Assembly (NCBI RefSeq): GCF_964355755.1
Contig: NC_092671.1
Span: 36,156,304-36,220,303, forward strand
Length of the DNA stretch: 64,000 nucleotides
Source of the DNA: Antedon mediterranea
Lineage: Eukaryota; Animalia; Echinodermata
Reading direction: 5' to 3'
Position 1 is the stretch's first letter; every line of letters begins with the position of its first letter. Below the pieces are notes generated by a model. The model did no database searches, had not been told where the DNA came from, and saw nothing but the letters and a program-made list of their open reading frames with translations. The translations under genes were made by a program, and so were the position numbers. This document shows positions 43,201-55,200 of the stretch, one piece after another.

Positions 43201-46200
43201 TGAAATGTTTGAAGTTAGGTGACGCATAGTGGCTCTAAGGTGACTACTATTTACCCCGTTGGGATAGACAATACAATCAACAGAGAAATCTTTGATCGTT
43301 TTATTTATTTCCTCCACCATTCGTTAAATACCCAATAAACATAATCAAAGGATATATTAGACTCATTAAACTGTCTTAATTAGAGCAAAATTGCCACAAA
43401 AAACTGGCGTGTATTGTTCTCGGCGAAACATAGTATATTCTGTGGCTGACTTGCCCTTTGCTTCACCTTTTAGTTCCTCATCATAATGAATGCGCTCTTA
43501 AAGTTAATTCGGCAGATTAAATTTTAAAGCCTAGTCGTTAAATATGAATTCAAGTTTAACATAGTATATAAGAACACATTCCTAGATGTTGAGTCATACA
43601 TCAGGTAAACAGTAACGGTATTTTCCTTTAAGCGAATTCAATTAGTGTGTTTATAAACACGAGAAACTATCCACAATACAGCTTATTGATTAAGAGCGGA
43701 TATCAATTTGTAAAATAACCCAGGTGGATTTCAAGAAGGTATAAAACTTACCTATCAATAACAAGTTTCAATCTTACTTGTCAAGTTGCCATTGTTCAAA
43801 TTTAATTGAACAAAAAACTGAAGATGACATCACTTTCGCTGGACAGATAAAGATATAAAACACATCCCCCAACGGGTAGACATCAGTTAACTCTTTATTT
43901 CCCCCCCCCCCCCCCCCAAAAAAAAACACTATTAAGGATTAATATTATTTACTTTGGACTTTTGGGTTAAATCTTGCTTGAGGAACTTGGTGTGATATAA
44001 TTATGGGAATATAATGGTACAAACACAATTAAAAGTCTTTAATTCTTGTCAAACTTAAATGTACGTATTATACGGTTGCACTATTATGTAATAACGAATA
44101 AAGACAATACAGTAGCAACACCGCCTCGCCTAGTCTGAGTTCTACACGGAGTTTTGACTTGGTAAACAGATAAATATTTTGGCACATATGGCGTTTCATA
44201 CGTATACTACTTGAGCTTGTAAACAACCTATATCTATTACATAAAAATAAAAGCAACATAATCACTCATTAATATTCAAAGCATTCAATAAATGGAAACT
44301 TCAATAAAAGTCACATTGATACTGATGTCAGGGAAATGTTATTTAGCAAAAGAGACAATCATCAAGTTCTATCATCATTTTGCCCTGAAGTCAGGGAAGT
44401 TGGGTATTAACCCCACAGCAAAAATAGGATATGGGGATGTTATTAACTATTATAAGAGAAATAAAACGACTGAGTGAATCGTGGTTGAATCTGAGGTGAA
44501 GAATTGCATAATCATGGTAGATACGCAGTGATGTTTTAGAAAACCGCCACACATCATGATTTGTATAACGTTTGAAATAGATAAGATATAGAAAAAATGT
44601 TTATTGCATATTTTTCGATCTATACTGTAGGCTGCAAGTAATCTCATTACCAGCACGGCAGAAGATGGTGAACAAATTGGTATTGTGACATTCAGCCGTG
44701 AAGCTACCATTCGATCCCAATTGGTGACAATTAACGAGCGGACTAGATCGACACTTGTCACCAAACTACCGACGGATGCGTCTGGTGGTACGTCTGTTGG
44801 TGCAGGTATGGTACACATAAATCAGATACCCAATTCCAATTCTTTCTTTGATATGTTTTTAAAAAATGTTAATATAATTCTAACGTCTGGTTAAAATAAA
44901 TTTGTATGAGTAATTGTCATAATATGTTGGAATATACGGTGATAATTCTAAAATTAAACAGGAAAATTGTTGTTGACACGAATGTCAAAAAGAAACCGAT
45001 ACTTAACGTTAGTGACTAATGTTTACTAGCTGCCATGTGAATCGGTTGCTCGTGCGTAAGATAACTAACTGCTAGTGGTTCATTATGTTTATGACGTAGG
45101 TATTCTACGCGCATTTGATGTTCTCGGTATTAAACTCAACCAAGACTCGAAGGACACCGGCAACCTACTCGTAATTTCGGATGGTGCCGAAAATATCCGA
45201 CCACTTATCGAAGATCTTCAGGACAGGGTACGTATTGTCAATTGTGACGTCATACTGCATGTTCTGAGCACTTCCAGATTGGAAATAGGAAGTCTTATTT
45301 CATCGCATGCTTTTTTTTCAAACTCAATTTCCCATCGTCTCTTATAGTTCCATATGCACAATTTCCGTTCATATGTCAATCAATTGGTTTCCATGGAGAA
45401 TCAAAATATTGAACGCACATGGTCAAACAATATTGAATTATTCTTTAATAAACTTGACATATTAACAGTAGTTTCACCTGTATACTCGAGAGCTTCTACG
45501 TTATTTAGCATTTATTGCAAAGTTTCTATTCTATATATATATATTATATAGATCGCGACAAAGAATATCCACATCAACACCGTTGCTATTGGACCGACAG
45601 CTTCGCCAAATTTAGAGGTACTTGCTAATCTCACCAATGGTATGACGTTTTATCACACAACAGGAACTAATACTTTAAATGAAGCTTTTGGAACAAGTTT
45701 TAATAAAAATAAAGGTAATTAAGTCTCTAAGAAAATAAAGGTAATTAGGTCTTCAAGAATATGGAAAGAACAAATTTAATTGGCTAGATACGGTATAGCA
45801 TATGAAGATTATGCATATAAAAACAACTTGCACATGCATATTCACCAGATTGTGTTGCTGTCACTAGATACATCTCAACTGACTATTGCAAGTCAGTAAG
45901 ATACAAGTTCAGAGATAAGTATTTAATACACACCGATGCTTGTATCTAACTGACTTGAGAAAGTCAGTTAAGATGTATCGAGTAACAGCTGAGGAAGTGT
46001 GTGTACAGTTTAATCCTAGTAAAAACTAAAAACGGGTATTAAACAATATTTGTTTTACAGCTGTTCAAAACAGACCAATCTACCTATTTAGTGACGTGAT
46101 GACATTATTAGGAGGCGAGACATTGATTCGCACGGTCCAGATTGATAGAACAATTAACCGAAAAGCCGAGTTTATATTTGGGTTCGATCCATATTTTGCG

Positions 46201-49200
46201 AGCTTATCAATCGTCGTAATCAAACCAGATAGAACCGAAGTCACCAATACAGCAGACAATGTGTTCGGAGTACTTCGTGTCAAAGTTCAGAGTCCTGTTC
46301 AGGTGCGTACAATGTTGTGCGAGTTTGGGAAAATGCTAATTGGTTATGTTGTTATAAACCAAATTATTATTTCTCTAGTAGACTTGCCCCAAGTCTGTAT
46401 TTATTGTCTTTTTTATGTTATTCCACCAGTCGACGTTTCGATTTTTGTCTGAAAATACAAGTTTACAAGCTCAAGTAGTATACGTATGAAACGCCATATG
46501 TGCCATAATACTTTTCTGGAACCCACACTATATCTCTAGATACACACCACAACTCATATTCAAATGTCATCCTTCTAGTTATTTTCAAAAAAAGAAGAAA
46601 TTATTTTGCAAGAATAATCGGAAATCTCCGAAAACAACTATAGTTTAATAAACTTAATCCTGTTTTGACAAAAACTATAGAAATGTTTAGATATTTTAGA
46701 AACGTTAACACACTTTCGAATAATAGTTGCCTCTTAAATAAGGCTCATAAACCAACCACCAAAGATTCAATCTAAGCCCATTGACTCACTGACCAGTACT
46801 TAGTGATACACAAAGAATATATGATAATATTAATGGATTTTAGGTATTAGCAAATCGTATACAAGTCATAACCTTTCAGATCCACTTACTATAGATAGAA
46901 GCGGAAATCCATTAAAAATCTTACAAAAATAACTGGAAATACTATTAATTAGGATTAATCAGAACTCCGTGATGGCAAACAAAATATAAAATGCGTCCAC
47001 GCTTTTAAACTCAACACGAGGTAATACCTAACTGACATTGATTGAACAACAGATCATCTCCATCAATCTATAAATGAATACTAATACATTTTAACAATCT
47101 GGCTGTTTTGTAACATACAGGTTGGAAATTGGAGGTTTAGAATTCGCAACGACGATGCACAAAATCCAGCAAAAGTAACCGTTACAATCCAGTCGTTTTC
47201 TAGCGCTGAAGAAGATCCAATTGTTGCGACAGCATCGTGGAGCAGAATGGCGGTAGTTCCTCCAGAACGACAGGTTCTCTACGTCTATGTTTCAAAAGGT
47301 ATAGTTGACAACTGTTAAGGAACGTTTAATTAACAGGATTAATAAACCCCTCCCCCCGCGCCCCCTCTCAATATCTATCCCCACAATCTTGACGACTCCC
47401 TTAATTACTTGACCACTTCAAAGTAGATAAAGTCAAGTTTTTGGAACTGATGATTCAATATTTTTCTTACGATTTTCATCACTTTTGGCGTGAATTGCCG
47501 AGGGCTTATACATGACGTAAGCACACTCTAATAATAATAAATATCCTTTCACAGTAATTAACTGTCCAATTCCACAAATTAACCTCTCAAATAGCTATAT
47601 CTAGAATTAAAATTTATTACGGTCAAGTTCAATGAATATATAATCGTAAGAAGAATCCAGGATAGCTTAATGAAAGGCCATTAATAAGATTATGTAAGTC
47701 ACAGTCACCGATTTAATTTGCAATTTCTTATGAAATGTCCTTGCTTGGAGTAAGAACCTATAAAATACAGGTGATTCATCTACATTGTCATTTTATTTTA
47801 AAGGTGACATATAAATACCTAAATACACATCAGCTACAATCTACACTATGTTTTTCAATGTTATAAGAACCTATGAAATGAAATGCAATGATTCATTTTA
47901 AAGGTGAAATACATCTAAAACAATAGTGCGACAGCAGTCACTCTCCACACACAGTATACACTATGTTTTAATGTTATACCAGGCCTACAACTTACGTGTA
48001 GGCCTCAGTAAAACATAAAGCAACAACATATTCCATGGCCTAGTAGCCTATTAGTGGCATTTTTATGCCTAACTGATATTTATATCCTTTCAAAAAGTGT
48101 GTTTCTATTTACGTTATCCTCGCAGTAGTTTTCACCAAAATCTGCATCAAATACCCACGTTATGATGCAGCCATTCATCGTCATTTCCATCAAGTTTAAA
48201 TTTATAAACCAAATCGCCTATTCATCCTGTTTTATTTTAAAGTCACCCTGAGGCCACCGTTTCCTCTACAACTTGGGTTTAAATTACAATAATATATAAC
48301 CTCTTAATGACATTTTATTCTGGTCTTGTCACCACCAGAGTTGTGGACCAAGATATTCGGAATATAAGTTGTAAAGATATTTTAAGCAAACCTGTTATTT
48401 AGGTCATTAGACGTATTACAGTAATGCAATTGAACTATTTTCCTAATAACATTAATGTTTTGAGTGAAACAGCAAATCATGTCCAGTCATTCGACTCAAA
48501 GGTCCAACACATATATGGCACATTAAAGCTTGAATTTTTAATTCATAAATGTGATTTAAGCTATGGAAAGCCAAAGGTGACTAATTGTAACCGACCGGGT
48601 AACATAACATTATGTACACCATTATTAAGGTCAACTAGTCATTCGACTCAAATGTCCAACAAATTTATGGCAAATCTTTCTAAATGTTTTTATTCATAAT
48701 TGTGATACAAGCTATGGAAAGCCAAAGGTGACTAATTGTAACCGGCCGGGTAACATAACAAGTTCAGTGCACCTGTTTTGTCGACAAGTTCTGTAGCGAA
48801 TTTAGGGCGCCGGGTGGATAATCTAAAAATAACAATAATTAAAGCATCAACTCCAGTCATTATACTAAACATGATTCATTCAATAAACCAATAAGATATG
48901 ATTTATCAAAGTTCTTTATGCTTAAAATAATTACTTGTGAATATCCCATAATGATACCACACTTCATTAAGCCCCAGTGTCTGTGAGTCACAAACCCGAA
49001 TCCTATAGGATTCACACCCCGCATCTCAATAATAGTATTTCCGTGCGACCGAAATTCATTGATTGATTATTACAGTACTTTCATAATACTATGACGTCAG
49101 TGATCCGGTTCAAGAGGTGTTGCTTAAACCCGTCTAGTGTGTATCCCGTGCTAAGTTCTACATTCTCTTTTAATTGATAGTACGGTACGATAAGCCATTG

Positions 49201-52200
49201 TATCCCGGTGTGCGCTAAACTTGTTACTAGCCAACGTAATTTCCGAGTGAAATGTTGAAGAAACTTTTATTTTTTTTATACTTGCTCTATTTAAATAAAA
49301 AGTTGAAGCGTTTTAAAATTAATATCTACAGTAAGATACACTCACATAGGCCTATTAAACAAACACTTCCGTTATGTTTGAGATACATTTTATATTGCAT
49401 TCAAGCATAACCTGAACAATAAACACGAATAATACAAAAACAAGTAAGTGGCATACTAGTAATTATTAAGGGTTAGACCCGTCTCGGCCGCTGACAACAA
49501 TCTCGGCCGCACGATTAAAAAGCAGAATTGTATGACGCGCCACCGATGCGAAAATGTAATGCATACGCACGCATAGTCTATATTATGTAATGAATGAATA
49601 CATTCATTAATTAACCTTTGAACAATTAATGTTTTTGTTTGTTTTTTGGGGGTTTTTTTTTTCAAATTAATAATCATTATTAATATCACACATAATTTGT
49701 TACTTTAAGGTTACACTCCCGTTATTAACGCCGAAGTTATTGCCGAGGTTGAGATTGCCGGTAACATGACAGACGCACCGATCCTATCCGATGACGGTAC
49801 CGGAGCAGACGTGAACAGAAACGACGGAATCTATTCCGGTTATTTTACTAACTTCATAGCTGAAGGCAGATACAACGTCAAGGTAGATATACAATCTGTA
49901 TTGATACGTTGTACTTGTTTTAAAGGCAAAATCGAACCTCTAAAATTCGGGCAGAATTAAATAAATTTAGCTGAACAGAGATTCTCTACAATAGTCCGAT
50001 TGCATTGCATCAAAATTCGACCTAAAATGGTATGATGAAACATATATAATATACTAAAGCTCTGTCCACACTTGTATGAAAAAAAGTGGAATTGCAACAG
50101 CTATAGCCAGTGGAGAAGTAGCTTTTAAATATGAAGTTTGCTCCTAAATGGAAGAAGAACGTTATGTGACAAAAAATATTATGTATTATTTGGACATGAT
50201 GATGTCATATCACTAACATATTTGGGTATATCACTACTATATTTGGGCATATCATATATTTTTCTAGTGTAGACAGAGCTAGCATAAATTGATGACATAT
50301 CCATAGAAGATACCAATTAATTGAGCGTTAACCCCAGTGTAGTAAGCGGTTATGACTAACATGATTTTAATAAAAAACTCGTTACGTTCACAATTGGAGT
50401 AATGCTCTAAGTAAGCTGTAGGAATCCGCGGTAGTTAGTGCATTGTACCGCGTCATGATACGCGATGACATTATTTTGTGTATGCCTGCACAACCCTATG
50501 ACGGGATACATTCATGTTTTTATTTAAAGCTTTATCTACACTATCAAACTTTATGTAACAAAAACATGTGATGGACATGATGATGTCATATCACTACCAT
50601 ATTTGGGAATATCACTACCATATTTAGGCGCGCACATCACACTTTTTTGTCAAACTAGTTTGATAGTTTAGACAGAGCTTAACAACTCACAGTCCAAAAT
50701 AATATAACCAAAACCTGTATAAACTAGGTCTATATGCAAATAAATAGGTCAAATACTGAATTGAAAAGAGGTCGTGATTTTAGCCTTAAGCTCAGTCTAC
50801 ACTATCAAACTTTATGTGACAATAAAATGTACACGATGATGTCATATCACTACCATGTTTGGCCATATCTCTACCATATTTGGGCATATCACACTTTTTT
50901 TTAAATTATTAATAGTATTCATTAGTAGACGAGACAATTGCCTGATGCTGACTGGGGTACCGTACTGATCTAGAGTGATAGTGGGTGAACAATGTCACGT
51001 GGTATGGGAAATGAAAGCAAATTCTTAATACTTATAACAACAACTGTTTAAATAGGATGTAAAGGTTTACACTGATATTATACGATGTATTGCACTAAAT
51101 GACGATAAAGCACGTGGGGGTACTGTGTACAAGGCACCGTATCACATTATCTTAATGACATTTAACATTATGCCTACAATTACGCGCAATTTTGTATACC
51201 AAAAAACGTAAATAATTATATTATTTGGAAATATATATACATGATTGCACTAGGTCTATTTAACAACACTGTTTTGTCAGAATGTTATTTGTTAATGAAT
51301 ATTTTTTCGAAGTAAATTAGATTTGAGAAAAATTATAAAGACAAAAATCTGCATAAGAATTAAGCGCTATAAATATACACACTAGATGTGCAATTTATTT
51401 ATTAAGTAAATTGAATTTTTTAAATTTAAGGTCAATAATAAGGGTGACCTGCCCGATGTTTAAAAATATAAGCTGATTATCGAGTGTCGCACGAATGTCA
51501 CACGCGTCCGTCTAACGTTATTATAGAGACAAGTTCTTTTACTTCTATTTCCAATCCCTGAAACAGCTCCTATTATTGTTACCATTTAACTTATTATTTT
51601 CAAAAAAAATTAATAAAAAATATTGTTATTTAGGTTAGAGTGACAAACAAAAAGAGTGTTACCCTGATAGCGCATGGCAAGTCATTAGGATCGTCGAAAT
51701 CCGCCCTCCCTGACCCATTATACGACCAGCAAAACGCAGAAGGAACGAAACAACAACAAGAGGAAGAAACAGGACCGTTCCAGAGAGTGGCAAACGGTGG
51801 CAGTTTTACATGTACTGGAGCCTGCACTGGTATGTTGAATATACGCACTCATATTGTTCATGTTTTAAAATTCTGTTAATAGATCTTTGCACACGGCATC
51901 ATTGAGTAAAAATTTCTTGTCGCGAACAATAACTTTATATTAAAACTGTCTAACCTTACAAATTAAAATGATGATGTTATTGAATTCAATAGTAACATAT
52001 CGAAAGTTCTGTTGCTGATATATTAATTGTATTTACCCATGGGTGGTGTACTGTGGCATTACCTATTAGATGAAGCATTTTGTGAAGTTAATAATAGTAT
52101 TACATAGTTTTGCTTTTCATATGCAAGCCGCAACTACATGGCATTCCAATTGATGAATGCGCACATTTAAATGTTGATAATAAATAATTACGGCTTTAGT

Positions 52201-55200
52201 ACGCGCGCGTCTACATCTTGTCAGTTTGTTATCAAAAAATGCAAGCCGCAACTACATGACGTTCCAGGATTGATGAACTACTCCAGTAATACCACGAGCA
52301 CATTTAAATAAATATTACGGCTTTAGTACGCGCGCGTCTACATCGTGTCGGTCAAAAAATGTACGCGTTGAGCTTAGCCTTACAGCTTAACTTCGTTACC
52401 ATCATTATAAATTGTGTTAGAAATAAACAGACTCGAGATCACAATCATAATTATTAGTCCCAGGGTTCAAAACTTACTTTTTAACATCAGAATAAAGTAC
52501 GTAGTTAACATACCCAAGATAATAACAGTATGAATAACTTGTTACTTTTTTCAAACAAATTAATGACGCCAAATGCCCATATTAAGACAATGATCTGGAT
52601 TTCTTCGAGGGTAGTAATTATGTTTCGGTTTAGTCATGTTGACATTTGGAAATTGTAACGTACATATTTGTCGAAAATGTAGTACTATATAATTGTGCAA
52701 ATTATACATCGAAAAAAACAAATTGAGAGAATTTGGAAAATGGTTCGTTTTCCAATCGACATTATCATCATATCCAAGTAGTGCATGGTTGGTTGCACAT
52801 TAGCACAAGGTACTCTATGATTATGACGCGGAAAACACATGGGCTTCCTTCATTGGATTGTTCTATTAAGTGGCCTAGAAAAAATAATGGACATGATTTT
52901 AAAGCTTATCACACTCACGCTAACTTTGAAACTAAACTTCCGAATTGACCATTTTAAAAAGCACATATTAAATGTCACACACAGTGAACATTCAATACCT
53001 AAGTGACTTTCAAGATCCTAGTGACATTCAAGAATCAAGTGACATTTAAGACCAAAGTGACATTCAAGACTCGCCTAAAACTTTTTCGGGTTCCAAACAA
53101 TATAACAATCTTATTAGATCATGTTCCGAACATAAGCACTGTTTCAATCATTCGAGATTAAAATATAACAATCCATAGCCAATCAGAACCAAAATTCTCA
53201 GACCTACCCAGAATGTTATAATACCGTATATATAGAAACCGGGTACGAGTGAAATTACACTCTTCCCTGAAAGAAACAATATATATATATTGTTGCTATT
53301 AACTTGATCATTGCCAAATAAGGCAAAAAATACTCGAATTTATCTACATTTGTCTATAAAAAACTGTTCTCAGCTAATCAAGACCTACCCAAAATGTTAT
53401 AATATATAAAGAAACAATATAATATTGTTGCTATTAGTTTTGACCATTTCCAAAAGGCAAAACATACTCGAATATATCTACATTTGTCTATAAAAAATGT
53501 TATTTTTTTCAGCTGATCAAGACCTACCCAGAATGTTATAATATATAAAGAAACAATATAATATTGTTGCTATTAATTTTGACCATTTCCAAAAGGCAAA
53601 ACATACTCGAATATATCTACATTTTGTCTATAAAAAATGTTATTTTTTTCAGCTGATCAAGACCTACCCAGAATGTTATAATATATAAAGAAACAATATA
53701 AAACTGTTATTAATTTGATCATTGCCAAATAAGGTAAATCATACTCTAAGTTATCTACATTTTTCTATTAAAAAAAAATGTTCTTTTTTTCAGCTGATCG
53801 GGACCAATATCCTCCCTCTAGGATTACTGACCTAAGAGCACGCTTAGTAAGCTTCAACAAGAAGGAGGTAGAATTGAGATTCAAGGCACCGGGAGATGAT
53901 CTCATGTATGGCAAAGGTTAGTCATTTCCACAAGATGCATAATTACGTCCTGTGTTTATAATTAAATAGCTCATTATCAGCTGATAGAGTCTGTGATACC
54001 TCGATAATTTGCATAGTAAAAGGTGAAATATGGATACAATTAACTGAAATCAGATAATGATATAGTAAATAAATTGTCTTGAGGTATTTCCCTTTAAAAA
54101 AAACTTCTCTTTTTTAATCAACACTGAAGGAAACTCTGACTACACTATCAAACTAGTTTGATTTGTGATATGTCTAAAAATGGTAGTGATATGACATCAT
54201 CATATCATCCATTATAGGCACATCATATTTTTTGTTCACATAAAGTTTGATAGTGTAGACAGAGGTTAAGACATAATATGATTGGAAACATCCTTTCTAA
54301 AACGAATAACAAGCTTTTGAAATTAGCAAAACATATTCCTACGTTATCAAACATACTTACATTAATGTAATAAGACATGTGGCATGCAAATTAAATCTTT
54401 TCTTACAATTTAGAAAGATTTAATCAGAAAAATCGTTTCTATTGTTACATAGTTTTCTCCAAGACCTACTTTTCTAAATACTTTAACTTGGAATCAATAT
54501 TTTTGTGTAATAGTATTTATCGAAAATAAAATACTATTTTTTAATTTTCAATTTTTACATTTTTTTTCATTTATATTTACAGCTAAAGAATATAATATTT
54601 ACTACTCGACGAATTTTGATAACCTGTACAACAGTATTGGCGTAATGGCCATCACACCTGATCTAGTGAAAGAGGGCAGTCTTTCAACTCCGCTCGAGGC
54701 AGGACAAGAAGAAAAATTCAACGTCATTGTTCCGCAAGTTGGTAAGTTGTTGTCTAAATAGATTTTTAAGCGAATCTGTTTTAATATTTTACATCACAGC
54801 CTTTACATTATATATACTAATATTTCAAGACATTAAAACTACATCGTCTAAAAAAATTACTTTTATCAAGATAACGACGATCTGATAAAGTGAGATTGAA
54901 GTTACTTAACCAAAATCAAATTATCATTGACAATATGTACATTTCTAATCTACAGGTGATTTTGCGTATACATTTACGGTTGTTGCTGTTGATGACGTCG
55001 GAAACAAAAGTCCTAGATCAAACTTCATTACAATTTCAGCCAATGACCACAGTGGGAAGGTTAAAACATGGGTTGTATGTGTCATTTTATTTGCAATTGC
55101 TGCTATTATTCTACTCGCACTCATGGTATTCGTACTTTTGTACCGACGAAAGATTCGCAATTCACAGCCTGAAAAACCTATACAAAAGAATCTATCCGCG

